DNA of 59,910 nucleotides, filler included. It is 6 parts of 6 records of this genome, joined end to end, with 100 filler letters (N's around TTAATTAATTAA, not from the genome) between each part and the next. Parts side by side here need not be neighbours in the genome. Positions count along the whole stretch, not along the records: positions 44,494 to 54,277 come from SRR31147125_8588; 5 more parts are not named here. The stretch is one strand, 5' to 3'. The notes beneath the pieces are model-generated. The model searched no databases. It saw nothing but the letters and a program-made list of their open reading frames with translations, and had not been told where the DNA came from. The position numbers were made by a program, and so were the translations under genes. Positions 44,494 through 54,277 of the stretch are shown one piece after another. Positions within the stretch are counted from its first letter, which is position 1. The number at the start of each line of letters is the position of its first letter.

Positions 44494-45642
44494 GCGGGCA
44501 TGTCCATCGAGGACTTCACCGGCATGCACATCGACGCCTTTCACAAGGATCTTGCCACCCTGGGAGTGCAGCCGGCCAATCATTATCCCAAGGCCAGCGA
44601 GCATGTGGATGACATGGTCAGCCTGGCCGAGCGATTGGTGAAAAAAGGTTATGCCTACGAGAAGCTGCGTTCCATCTATTTCGACATTTCACGCTTCAAG
44701 GATTACGGCCGGTTGTCGGGTGTGGATCTGAACAAGATCCGGGTTGGTGCCACCGTGGACTTGGAGGAATACGAAAAGGACAACCCGCGCGATTTCACCT
44801 TGCTCAAACGCACCCGTTTGTCTGAACTAAAGCGCGGTATCTACACCAAGACCGACTGGGGCAGCATGCGGCCCTCCTGGCATCTGCAGTGCGCGGCCAT
44901 GTCCATGCGTTACCTGGGCGATTATTACGACATCCATTGTGCCGGCCGGGAGCTGGTCTTCCCGCATCACGAAAATGAGATCGCCATCGCCGGTGCCCTG
45001 AGCGGCAAGAGCCTGGCCAAATTCTGGGTTCACTGCGATCGCGTGCTGGTGGACGGCAAGAAGGTGGACGACAAGGGCGACGGCTTGACCATCCAGGCGC
45101 TTCTGGACATGGGCTTCACGGGACGTGAAATCCGATACTGGCTACTTTCGGTGAACTACCGCAAGCCGGTGATTTTTTCCAAGGAACGGATCAAGCGGGT
45201 ACGCAAGACCCTGGAGCGCCTGGATGCCTGTATTCGCGCCCTTAAGGGGGTGGGGGGCGGGACCCCGTATGCCGACCTGGATCAGCTCTGCTACGACATC
45301 AAAAACGGGTTCACCACGGCCATGGACGACGATTTGAACATTTCCGCGGCCCTGGCATCCCTTTTTGCCGTGATCAAGCGCATCAATACCGTCGTTCTTA
45401 ACGAAGAAATCGATGCCGCGGGAGCTGAAAAGGTGCTGGAAGCCTTGGCCCGCATCAATACGGTGGTCAATATTTTCGCCTTTGAAGATGAAACCCAGGA
45501 TGCGTCCGTACGGCAGTTGATGGCCGAGCGGGATCACGCCCGGCAGGAAAAAAACTGGGCGCTGGCCGATCGCTTGCGCGACCGGCTGCTGGCCATGGGC
45601 GTGGTTATCCGGGATGAAAAAGCCTGGGAATTAAAGACTTAA
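44494..45642 (+). CDS. cysS: Cysteine--tRNA ligase (5' truncated, atypical KMSKS region)
   Basis: YFDISRFKDYGRLS, KDNPRDFTL, RPSWHLQC, FPHHENEIA, AMDDDLN (DALR), RQEKNWALADRLRD anticodon-binding end. Confidence 0.88.
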   Translation, partial: AGMSIEDFTGMHIDAFHKDLATLGVQPANHYPKASEHVDDMVSLAERLVKKGYAYEKLRSIYFDISRFKDYGRLSGVDLNKIRVGATVDLEEYEKDNPRDFTLLKRTRLSELKRGIYTKTDWGSMRPSWHLQCAAMSMRYLGDYYDIHCAGRELVFPHHENEIAIAGALSGKSLAKFWVHCDRVLVDGKKVDDKGDGLTIQALLDMGFTGREIRYWLLSVNYRKPVIFSKERIKRVRKTLERLDACIRALKGVGGGTPYADLDQLCYDIKNGFTTAMDDDLNISAALASLFAVIKRINTVVLNEEIDAAGAEKVLEALARINTVVNIFAFEDETQDASVRQLMAERDHARQEKNWALADRLRDRLLAMGVVIRDEKAWELKT

Positions 45643-46661
45643 TGGAGCACAGCATGAAACCAATCTATATGCCCTTCACCCATCTTCCGGAATCCATGGC
45701 CCGGGTCCTGGCCGCCCTCGTGGGGCCCGTGGTGGTCTACCAACCATTGGCCCCCCTTGTCTCCGAGGACCTGGACGCCCTGGCCGCCCAAGGACTGATC
45801 GAGATCCGGACGCCCCTGACCGGTGATGAACAGCGGTTGAAAGCCGCCATTTCGGAATTCAGCCAGTGGGCCGCACAGAACCCGGGACGGTCGACGCCCG
45901 GCGCCGGATTTATCGGTTCCCAGCAGGGCCGGGTCCCCTTTTTCGACGAGAATGCCATCAACCGCATCCGGTCGGAAATCAAGCGCTACGACGCACAGCC
46001 AGCAGATACCGATCCTGGCGAGACAAGCTTCAGCGCCAGGCTTTTTCTATCCGTTGCCCAGGAAAACGACCGCACCATCCAGACACTCGATCAGAACCTT
46101 AAGCAATTCAAGGCACTGGAACAGGGGTTTTTGGATTCCCTGGTGGACAGTGATGAGGCGACTTTCAGCCGCCACGGCCCGGGCTCGGTGATCTGGCAGG
46201 AAGACCCGGGGGCCAAACTTACCGAACAGCGAATACGTGCCTGGGCCACCCTGGCCGCGGCCGATTGTGAGTTGCCGGACCTTCTGATCACCACCAGCGC
46301 CGCGGTGGTGGACACGTTGATGGAAACCCGGGGAGAGGCGATTCATCTCCAGCGGCTGACCTCGATGCGGCTTTCTGTCACCGAGACAGACCGCCCCCTG
46401 CTGGATCAGGTATTGGCCGATCTTATGGTTCGGCACCCACTGAAAGCCGATGATTGCGACGCATTATCCGCCCTTGCCACCGACGGTCCGGCTGATTCAA
46501 CGGTTGCCCTTAGCCTTTATGCGGCCGTCGACTGCCCACCCTCCGCGGTGATCCGGCAGATGGCTCCGGCAGCCGTCTCCTTGCCTGGGGAGAACCCATG
46601 CCCCGAAGAGGCCACGCATACGTTGATCGTTTTGGTGGAATCCCATTCAAAATCTGATTAA
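45642..46661 (+). CDS. Hypothetical protein, translationally coupled to cysS
   Basis: 339-aa ORF with GC3-rich coding pattern. TAATG overlap with the cysS stop. No recognised motif. Confidence 0.7.
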   Translation: MEHSMKPIYMPFTHLPESMARVLAALVGPVVVYQPLAPLVSEDLDALAAQGLIEIRTPLTGDEQRLKAAISEFSQWAAQNPGRSTPGAGFIGSQQGRVPFFDENAINRIRSEIKRYDAQPADTDPGETSFSARLFLSVAQENDRTIQTLDQNLKQFKALEQGFLDSLVDSDEATFSRHGPGSVIWQEDPGAKLTEQRIRAWATLAAADCELPDLLITTSAAVVDTLMETRGEAIHLQRLTSMRLSVTETDRPLLDQVLADLMVRHPLKADDCDALSALATDGPADSTVALSLYAAVDCPPSAVIRQMAPAAVSLPGENPCPEEATHTLIVLVESHSKSD

Positions 46662-46829
46662 AAGCCCAGCTGACGCGGAGTTGGGGACAACCTTGCCGGA
46701 CGCCGAAAAAAACGGTTTCAACGCTTGACGGGCTGTTTTATTTGGTATAAGCCCTTTTTCATTGCCAAGCGAAAAGCTGTTGATAATTGGATCAACAAGA
46801 ATAAAACCTATTGAAAGGAGGCTATTAAA

Positions 46830-47018
46830 ATGGCTTTTATCCCGACTGTTGATGAGGCAAAATGCGTTGGCTGCGAAGAGTGTGTCGATGTCTGCCCTGT
46901 GGAAGTGTTCGAGATGCAGGATGAAAAATCCGTAGCGGTGAACGCGGAAGAGTGCCTCGGTTGCGAAAGCTGCGTGGAAGTATGCGAAGAGAGCGCCATT
47001 ACCGTCGAAGAAACCTAA
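46830..47018 (+). CDS. 2x[4Fe-4S] ferredoxin
   Basis: CVGCEECVDVCP and CLGCESCVEVCE motifs, strong RBS AAGGAGG. Confidence 0.95.
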   Translation: MAFIPTVDEAKCVGCEECVDVCPVEVFEMQDEKSVAVNAEECLGCESCVEVCEESAITVEET

Positions 47019-47044
47019 TCTTTTGCGGATACACATGAGGTTCA

Positions 47045-47079
47045 GGCCCCCGGCGGATCATTCCGACGGGGGTTTTTTT
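47045..47079 (+). terminator. Intrinsic terminator
   Basis: GC stem GCCCCCG.CGGA-tcat-TCCG.CGGGGGT followed by poly-T. Confidence 0.8.
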
Positions 47080-47132
47080 ATCATTGTCAATACCTTATCG
47101 TGTCGTTTGCGAAATCGTCATTGCCCGATGCC

Positions 47133-47687
47133 ATGAACGCTTATCAGATCGTCGAAACCGCTTTTGGCCACGCTGCCGTGGCCTTTCGCGACAAGCCATT
47201 CGGCTTGATCGAAGTGAGGCTGCCCGGCAGTGATCTGGATGCGCTTTGCCAACCGTTTGACGAACGCGGCTGGCGGATCGATCACCGCCACCCGCAGGCC
47301 GCGGTCATCGCCCGTAGCCTGGTGCGTTATTTCCATGGCCGGCGCATCGATATCCCTTGGCCGGTGATGGACCTTTCCCGTTTCACCCCTTCCCAGCAGA
47401 CCGTCTACCGCGTGGTGGCCGCGATTCCCTACGGCCGGACCGCATCCTACGGCCAGGTGGCAAAGATGGCCGGCCTGCCTCGCGCCGCCCGCTTCGTGGG
47501 TACCACCATGGCTAAAAATGCCTATCCGGTGTTTATTCCCTGCCACCGGGTGATCAAGAGCGACGGCTCCATCGGCGGTTTCGGCGGCGGCATGCATGCT
47601 ACCGATCTCAAACAACGCATGCTGGCCCTGGAAAAGCAAATCCCCCAAATCCCTCTCCTCGACATCGGCAACGACCGGTATCGGTGA
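47133..47687 (+). CDS. ogt: Methylated-DNA--protein-cysteine methyltransferase
   Basis: IPYGRTASYGQVA, AARFVG, active site PCHRV. Confidence 0.92.
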   Translation: MNAYQIVETAFGHAAVAFRDKPFGLIEVRLPGSDLDALCQPFDERGWRIDHRHPQAAVIARSLVRYFHGRRIDIPWPVMDLSRFTPSQQTVYRVVAAIPYGRTASYGQVAKMAGLPRAARFVGTTMAKNAYPVFIPCHRVIKSDGSIGGFGGGMHATDLKQRMLALEKQIPQIPLLDIGNDRYR

Positions 47688-48351
47688 TAATTTCGAAAGC
47701 CTGGGGCTTCGCCCGATCGGCCTGGTTCTGGATGAACAACCGGCCGACCCGAAAATACCCTGTAGTTTTTCCCAATCCATTCTTGACAAAGCATTAACCG
47801 CCCTAACTATTTATGATACATTGTGGTATGGAACGGCCGGGTGTCTTACCCCCTCTCCTGCTGCTGGACCGAAAGCATTATATTCTCTGGCACCTTCCGA
47901 AATCGAGTGGCCAGCAGCACAATGCCAAAGAATCAGCGACCTTCTGCATTTGACCCAACAGGTGAATAAACAAGTTGATAAATGCTCAAGGGATAGGCGC
48001 CAACAGCTAATGGCCAAAGGCTAACCGCTCTCCGTGGGACCTTGTTGATCAGCTGTTTGAGCGCAGGATAAATAGAGAATCCAAAATCTACTTGAATATC
48101 GTCTGGGCAACCGCAACGGTGTGCAGCCTATTCATTTGCATATATACTCAATCGACAATTCAAAGCCCTCGAAGAAGGAGCGTATAATGGTGAATTCATC
48201 ACCGACAAAAAAACCGCCCGTGTCGATGGCGGCTGTTTGCTTGGAGATGTCGATTCCGAAACCCAACTTCACGGACTGGCCGTATCGGCGGGCATTGTGT
48301 CCCATCAGTTTAGCTGAAAAAGCTTCTTTAAAGAAACGGAAGGATCCGATC

Positions 48352-49014
48352 ATGGAGAATTCTAAACGCGCGACACAGCGCCTGGCGAGGACTTACGCCG
48401 ACAGGGGAGATCCGAACGGATGGTTCGAGGAGTTTTACGCAGGAGCCGGCGGCGACATTCATAAGGTGTACTGGGCCGACCTTGCGCCCAACCCAAGGCT
48501 GCTCGCTTGGCTCGCCACGCATGCCGGGCCTGCAGGCATGCCGGCAATCACCATCGGCTGCGGTCTGGGCGATGATGCCGAGGCTTTGGTGTCGCATGGC
48601 TACCGCGTCACCGCCTTTGACATTTCCCCGTCCGCGATTGCCTTGTGCCGGAAGCGGTATCCGCATAGCACCGTAGACTACCGGGTTGCCGACCTGTTCG
48701 ACCATCCCGCCGAGTGGCGGCAGGGATTCGGTTTGGTCTACGAATGCAACACGATCCAGATCTTGACGGGGCCGGCCAGGAACCAGGCCGTCGGGGCCAT
48801 CACGGATCTGGTTGCCCCCGGGGGCGCGCTGATCGTTTCCTGCCGTAGCCGGAACGCGACAGCACAGCCGGACACATTCCCGATCGCGTTGGACCGGGAC
48901 GAGATAAACGGTTTTCGGCGATCCGGTTTGTCCGAGACACATTTCCTGGCCTATGACGACGACCAGGACCCGCCGGTGCCGCATTTCTTCGCGGCGTATA
49001 ATCGTCAATCCTGA
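48352..49014 (+). CDS. Class I SAM-dependent methyltransferase (TPMT-like)
   Basis: GWFEEFY..WADLAPNP, IGCGLGDDA, AFDISPSAI. ATG 48352 with AAGGA RBS; the GTG extension to 48121 is unlikely. Confidence 0.85.
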   Translation: MENSKRATQRLARTYADRGDPNGWFEEFYAGAGGDIHKVYWADLAPNPRLLAWLATHAGPAGMPAITIGCGLGDDAEALVSHGYRVTAFDISPSAIALCRKRYPHSTVDYRVADLFDHPAEWRQGFGLVYECNTIQILTGPARNQAVGAITDLVAPGGALIVSCRSRNATAQPDTFPIALDRDEINGFRRSGLSETHFLAYDDDQDPPVPHFFAAYNRQS

Positions 49015-49168
49015 TTTATGCGCCATACCGCATTGACCACCGGTCTGGGGCTTGCCGTCGATGGCGGCAATCAGATCTATGTGCGTGTGCGGCGCGCATC
49101 TGTCCATTTGAGCGCGTTTGCTTTCAACGGGCTCACCCGGCTGCGCGCTGGGCGAGAGGTGCGTCCGC

Positions 49169-49621
49169 TCAGCGGCTTGAATCCCGGGGGATTCCCGACG
49201 ACTTGCCGGTCATGGATTCGATGATCACCTTGAACACGCGTGTGGCGTGCATCTTCCGATCCGTGAAGTCATGCGGCGCGGGGGCGTACTGGGCCGCGAT
49301 CGTCTCCAGGGCCTTACGCTTGGCGTCCCTGTCATCTATCATGACGGCCCGGCCAAAACCCACAACGCTCTGGTAGCGCATGTCCCAGTCACAGGGACCG
49401 GGGGCCGGAAGTGCTTCCGCCAGGATATCGAATTCGAAGCAGACCTTGGGGTGGTTGCCGATCAGGTCGTACTTTCTGCTCCTCGACGATCCGTGGAAGT
49501 AGAGGATGCCGTCTCGGTAGCCGAAACAGAGCGGCACGATATACGGCGTGTCTCCGTCGAGCATGGCCAAACGGCAGACAACGGCGTTTCGGATGATCGC
49601 TTCGATGGCTTCTTTTTCCAT
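49169..49621 (-). CDS. Pyridoxamine 5'-phosphate oxidase-family (NimA-like) flavin-binding protein
   Basis: CRLAM..PYIVPLCFGY..LYFHG, PKVCFEF, YQSVVGFG. Confidence 0.85.
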   Translation of the reverse strand: MEKEAIEAIIRNAVVCRLAMLDGDTPYIVPLCFGYRDGILYFHGSSRSRKYDLIGNHPKVCFEFDILAEALPAPGPCDWDMRYQSVVGFGRAVMIDDRDAKRKALETIAAQYAPAPHDFTDRKMHATRVFKVIIESMTGKSSGIPRDSSR

Positions 49622-49643
49622 GGCAGGCGTGTTTTCCTTGCGG

Positions 49644-50600
49644 TTATTTTGCCGGAGCGTCGTGGGACCGGCTGCGGGTTCTTTTGAAATGTCTGGGGAC
49701 GCAGGCGCGACTCCTCATAAAAAGGGGGCAATGGTGCATGCCGTCGCTGGTCAGGATGCTGCCGTAGTGAGTGGGCCGCCGGTCCCTGAAAAGACCCCAT
49801 GCGTGGCGCTCATTGGCCATTTGATCCAGATCCATGGTCGCGCTGATGGTTCCCTCTGCGGTTCGATCCATCTGCTTTAGCAAGGCCCCCTTGTTGTCGG
49901 TGATAAAAGAAGATCCATAAAAGGTGATGCCCGAGTCCTCGATGGTTTCGAGGCCGGTGCGGTTGGAGGCCACCACGGGCACCATGTTGGCGCCGGAATG
50001 CCCGCGCATGACGGTTCGCCAATGGTCCCGGGTGTCGTTGTCGGGATTGATCGGCTCGGAACCGATGGCCGTGGGGTAGAAAAGGATTTCGGCACCTTGC
50101 AGAACCAGGCAGCGGGCTGTCTCGGGAAACCATTGATCCCAGCAGATGCCGATGCCGATGCGGGCGTAGCGGGTCTGCCACACGCGAAATCCGGTGTCGC
50201 CCGGATTGAAGTAATACTTCTCTTCATAGCCGGGGCCGTCCGGGATATGGGTCTTGCGGTAGACGCCCATCACCGAGCCGTTTGCATCGATGACGGCGAT
50301 GGAATTGAAGCAGGCCTGATTCTGCCTTTCGAAAAAGCTGATGGGCAGGACGACTTCAAGCTCTTTGGCGATGGCCGAGAAATGAGCGACGGCGCTGTTG
50401 GCCGGAAGGGGCGCGGCCAGGTCGAAGAATTCGGGGCGCTCCACCTGGCAGAAGTAGAGCGACTCGAATAACTCTTGCAGGAGGATGATCTGCGCGCCTT
50501 CGGCCGCCGCCTCGCGGACCAGTTTCTCGGCCTTGGCGATGTTTGCTTCCTTGTTGGCCGTGCATTGCATTTGCGTCGCGGCAACACGAATATGGCTCAT
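49644..50600 (-). CDS. aguB: N-carbamoylputrescine amidase
   Basis: Nitrilase triad LQELF / YRKTHIPDGPGYEEKYYF / ICWDQWFPE, YPTAIGSEP, FRDRRP. Confidence 0.93.
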   Translation of the reverse strand: MSHIRVAATQMQCTANKEANIAKAEKLVREAAAEGAQIILLQELFESLYFCQVERPEFFDLAAPLPANSAVAHFSAIAKELEVVLPISFFERQNQACFNSIAVIDANGSVMGVYRKTHIPDGPGYEEKYYFNPGDTGFRVWQTRYARIGIGICWDQWFPETARCLVLQGAEILFYPTAIGSEPINPDNDTRDHWRTVMRGHSGANMVPVVASNRTGLETIEDSGITFYGSSFITDNKGALLKQMDRTAEGTISATMDLDQMANERHAWGLFRDRRPTHYGSILTSDGMHHCPLFMRSRACVPRHFKRTRSRSHDAPAK

Positions 50601-50860
50601 TTTTATACTCCCGATGGCGTGACATTTAAATACGGTATGCGGGGTACACGGATAAACGCCGTCGGCACTATCCGTATCGTACTTATATAAAGGGTCATTG
50701 TTCGAATGTCAATCCGTTGATAACGAAAAATGTTTATAATCATGAAATAATATTCGATTATCGTACTTGATCTAATCAATACGCTCTGATAAATTCGTTT
50801 CCAGCGCCACCCCGGAACCGGATGTATCTGCCGGTAATTATAAAGTGGATTCGAGGCAAT

Positions 50861-51313
50861 ATGGCTCAATTACAGGTCGATGACGTCGACACCGAAATGA
50901 TCAAGATGCTCAAGAAAAACGGCAGAATGCCCAATACGGAGATCGCCAATCACTTGAACCTGTCCGAGGCCGCCATCCGCAGGCGCTTGCGGCGATTGCT
51001 CGACGATGAGATCATCCAGGTGGTCGCCGTCGTCAACCAACGTAAACTGGGGTTTGAGCTGGAAGGCAACATCAAGATCAAAACCGATCCGAAGAAGAAC
51101 GCGCGGGTGAAAGCGTGCTTGCAGCAACTGGACCGGGTTTGGTATATCGCCCATGTCGCGGGCGCATCCGATTTCGATGTGGAATTCAATGCTAAATCCC
51201 AGGATGAGCTGCACGACCTCATCGAAACCATCAACCAGATCGACGGCATCCGCAACACCGAGATTTCGATCCGTTTGCAGTTGGTCAAGAATCGTTACGA
51301 CTGGGAAAAATAA
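50861..51313 (+). CDS. Lrp/AsnC family transcriptional regulator
   Basis: DDVDTEMIKML..NGRMPNTEIANHLNLSEAAIRRR HTH and C-terminal RAM domain. Divergent from aguB. Confidence 0.9.
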   Translation: MAQLQVDDVDTEMIKMLKKNGRMPNTEIANHLNLSEAAIRRRLRRLLDDEIIQVVAVVNQRKLGFELEGNIKIKTDPKKNARVKACLQQLDRVWYIAHVAGASDFDVEFNAKSQDELHDLIETINQIDGIRNTEISIRLQLVKNRYDWEK

Positions 51314-51389
51314 CAGTCCCGGACCAATGCCATTGTCGGTGAGCCGCTCCATCCGTTTGGATTGCTTGCGGGGCGTCCATTGCCTTACC

Positions 51390-52193
51390 TTAGACACCCG
51401 CCGCACGAATCAGATCCTTGAGGCGTCCGCGCCCCTGACTTTCCAGTTTGGCAAGGCCGCGCTGCAAAATCATGGCCGAGGCCAGGGCGTCCCCCACGGC
51501 GGTGTGCCGGCCATGGATTTTGATGCCCAGATGATGGGCGTAGACCTCGAGGCTGCGTGGGGTATCCCGGGTCGCGGGATGCAGCGCGCCGCGGCCCAGG
51601 AGTTTGGCCTGCCGCTTAATGGGTCCCAGGAGCTTGGGCAGCAGGACGGTTGTGCACAGGGGCAGGGTGTCGAGCACCAGATTCTGGAGGTTGAAACCGT
51701 ATCGCGCCTGCATCAGGCGGTTGAGAAAGGCCATGTCGAAGCGCGCGTTGTGGGCCACCAGGATATCGCTGCCCAGATAATCGAGGAACGTTTCGAGGGC
51801 CGCGGTGCCCGTGGGGGCCGTGGCCACCATGGCCGGAACGATGCCGTGCACGGTGATCGCTTCGGGTGGGATGCCGCCACCCGGATTGACCAGTTGATTG
51901 AAGAACCGGCCCAGATGGATGCGTCCGGCGACGACCTTGAACGCCCCGATGCTGACAACCCTGTTGCGCTTTTGATCCAGGCCGGTGGTTTCCACATCCA
52001 CCACCGTATAGTCGAACACACGGGCGGGAGAGGCGCCCTTGAGTTGATCCAGCGCTTTCAGATTTACCGCCGCCCGCTTCCCCAGTTTTTGTCCGCGGTG
52101 GTGGATCCGCACCAGCCGGTTGGCCAGGCGGGCCATGCCTGGCGTGCCCATCGTCCTACCGCTCCCTTCCCCGCCAGCCCTTGTAGCGGGCAC
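51390..52193 (-). CDS. DEDDh 3'-5' exonuclease (PolIII epsilon-like); start probably ATG ~52151
   Basis: VVDVETTG (ExoI), VAHNARFD (ExoII), RHTAVGDA (ExoIII). Confidence 0.88.
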   Translation of the reverse strand: MPATRAGGEGSGRTMGTPGMARLANRLVRIHHRGQKLGKRAAVNLKALDQLKGASPARVFDYTVVDVETTGLDQKRNRVVSIGAFKVVAGRIHLGRFFNQLVNPGGGIPPEAITVHGIVPAMVATAPTGTAALETFLDYLGSDILVAHNARFDMAFLNRLMQARYGFNLQNLVLDTLPLCTTVLLPKLLGPIKRQAKLLGRGALHPATRDTPRSLEVYAHHLGIKIHGRHTAVGDALASAMILQRGLAKLESQGRGRLKDLIRAAGV

Positions 52194-54099
52194 CCAGCAA
52201 CTCCTGTAGCTGACCGATGATGGTGAAGCTCTCCTTCAGTATCTTGCGTTCCATGGGATTGAGCAGGGCAGGGTCCACCAGGTTGGTCAACGGCTGCCCG
52301 GCGGCGCTGGCTTTCAAGTGATGGTCGATGCGGATCCAGTTGATGTAATCATAGGCGTCGTCCACCGCCGCGGAGAAGTCCCGGCTCAACACCTTGCGGC
52401 CATTCGCCGCGGACAGCCGCTCCACTGTGTTGGTGGTGGCAACCCCCAGTTCCAGGGCCAGTACGCGGGCTACATCCACCACCGGCGTCAGGCCGCGCAA
52501 TTTTAGGTTGAGGCCGCTGTTGTGCTCCCCCGATTTCTCCACCACGAACTGGCGCAAAAAGCCAAGGGGCGGGCGGTTGATGAGGGCATTTCCAGCCAGA
52601 TCCTGAGCAAAAGATTTTCGTCCGGCCGTCAGTTGGGTGAGTTCCTTGCGGAGGCGGCGGGCAAATACGGCATTTCTGGAGATACCACGGAAATCGAAGA
52701 AGACGGTTGCCAGACGCAGACTTTCGGGCGTTGGGCGTTCCACCCAGTCCCGGAAAAGCGCGCACCAATCCCCGAGGCGCAGACACCACTGGGGATTGCT
52801 GGCCATGATCCCCCCTTGGCATTTGGGAATTCCATAACGCTCCAGGGCATCCACCACCCGCGTGGCGAATTCAAGAAACCAGGCCTTCACGACCGGTTCC
52901 TGTTCAGTGGAAACGTCGGCATAGATGAGGGCATTGTCCTGGTCGGTGCACAGGGTTTGCTCACGTCGCCCCTCGCTTCCCATGGCCAGCCAGTTGTAGG
53001 GGGCCGGGCAAGGTCCCCAGGGGGCTGAGGTCATTTCGGTTTCGATGACGCGCATCAACTGGCGCACCACCCGGTCGTTCAATTCGGAGATGAGGGCTAC
53101 CATGGGCTTGACGGCACCGCTGCGGCGCATGGCCATCTGCAGGATCCGGTCGATGTGAATGCGTTTGCCCACGAGCTCCGCCACGGTTCTGGCCGCGGAG
53201 ATATCACCGATCATGCCGATGGGCGAACTGCCGATCTCAAGCTGGGAATCGTGCTCGCTGATGATACCTACGGCCCGATGGTTTTCGGTGACGATCAGGT
53301 GGCTGACCCCGAAACGGCTCATGTCCAGAAGGGCGTCGAAGGCGTACGCAGTTGGATTAATGCTGCAGATGGGGGTGCTCATCACCCGGTGGACGTCCGT
53401 ATTTAAATCCAGGCCATCGGCGACCACTTTGCTGCGCAGGTCGGCGTCGGTGAGGATTCCCTGCGGGCTGCCGTCTTCGGCGATAACGATGATGGACCCC
53501 ACGCCGCGCCGCTTCATGCGGCCGGCGGCCTCGCGGACCGAGGTTTTGGGCGGGCAGGCCAGCAGGGATGTGGACATCAGCTCGCGGACCCTTTTCCCGG
53601 TGAGGTACATGTCCAGCTGGAGTTGGTTGTCCCGGGTGAAAAGGTCCAGCTGATCGTCGGCCGACTGGCGCACGGCCTTGAAATTGCGGGCCAGGGAAAA
53701 ACCGAAGTAACGTTGGAAGGCCTGGTTTGTTTTAAAAAGATTTTTCACCGTCGTCTTGGGAATCAGAAAAGCGATCAGGTCCTCTTCGGCGGAGACATCG
53801 AACAAGGCGTTGCCGCCTTTGAGCAGGCTTACGGCCCCGAAACTGTCCCCCTCGCCCCTGAAATCCACCAGCAGGCTGTCGCCGGATTCGTCCCGAATGG
53901 CGACACGGGCGCAGCCGGTTTGAACAACGTAGAGGTGTCCGCCGGAGGGTTGGCCCATGCTGATGATCAATTCGCCGGCCGGGTAGAAGGCCACCTGGGC
54001 GACCTGGATCACCTGCTGCAGGGCCGGCGTATCCAGGGTGTTGAAGGGTACCACCTTTTTCAGAAAATCGGTCAGGCCTGGCAGGGGAAAGTCGGGCAT
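52156..54099 (-). CDS. cNMP-binding / CBS-CBS / putative nucleotidyltransferase (DUF294) protein
   Basis: N-terminal cNMP domain (LYVVQTG..GDSFG), CBS pair (GILTDADLR, GIISEHD), NTase motif GSEGRREQ..TDQDNAL, MASNPQW, FFDFR, LNLKLRGL. Confidence 0.92.
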   Translation of the reverse strand: MPDFPLPGLTDFLKKVVPFNTLDTPALQQVIQVAQVAFYPAGELIISMGQPSGGHLYVVQTGCARVAIRDESGDSLLVDFRGEGDSFGAVSLLKGGNALFDVSAEEDLIAFLIPKTTVKNLFKTNQAFQRYFGFSLARNFKAVRQSADDQLDLFTRDNQLQLDMYLTGKRVRELMSTSLLACPPKTSVREAAGRMKRRGVGSIIVIAEDGSPQGILTDADLRSKVVADGLDLNTDVHRVMSTPICSINPTAYAFDALLDMSRFGVSHLIVTENHRAVGIISEHDSQLEIGSSPIGMIGDISAARTVAELVGKRIHIDRILQMAMRRSGAVKPMVALISELNDRVVRQLMRVIETEMTSAPWGPCPAPYNWLAMGSEGRREQTLCTDQDNALIYADVSTEQEPVVKAWFLEFATRVVDALERYGIPKCQGGIMASNPQWCLRLGDWCALFRDWVERPTPESLRLATVFFDFRGISRNAVFARRLRKELTQLTAGRKSFAQDLAGNALINRPPLGFLRQFVVEKSGEHNSGLNLKLRGLTPVVDVARVLALELGVATTNTVERLSAANGRKVLSRDFSAAVDDAYDYINWIRIDHHLKASAAGQPLTNLVDPALLNPMERKILKESFTIIGQLQELLGARYKGWRGRER

Positions 54100-54245
54100 G
54101 GGATCTCCGTAATTGCTTGGGGAGCCGACACCGTGTCAGGTTACCCCCGAATGGATGCGAAGATTTGCAGTAGACATCATTCGACGTTCGGTTGTCAAGT
54201 GCCCGCACCCTTGCATTTGAATCCGGGTCATAAAAGGACATAAGG

Positions 54246-54275
54246 CGGCGCACCTGCAGGTCCACAGGTGCGCCG
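54246..54275. terminator. GC-rich hairpin at contig end
   Basis: Perfect 11-bp stem CGGCGCACCTG ... CAGGTGCGCCG. Confidence 0.45.
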
Positions 54276-54277
54276 TG

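Noticed and set aside
49644-49740. C-terminal extension of AguB as a new domain
   Set aside because: About 30 low-information residues past the usual end, plausibly read-through from another missing base.
44500-54265. Many long overlapping alternative ORFs (e.g. 51153-52220, 48328-49107, 47118-47789, 46647-47036)
   Set aside because: Antisense or off-frame shadows of recognised genes, expected in GC-rich DNA, with no motifs.
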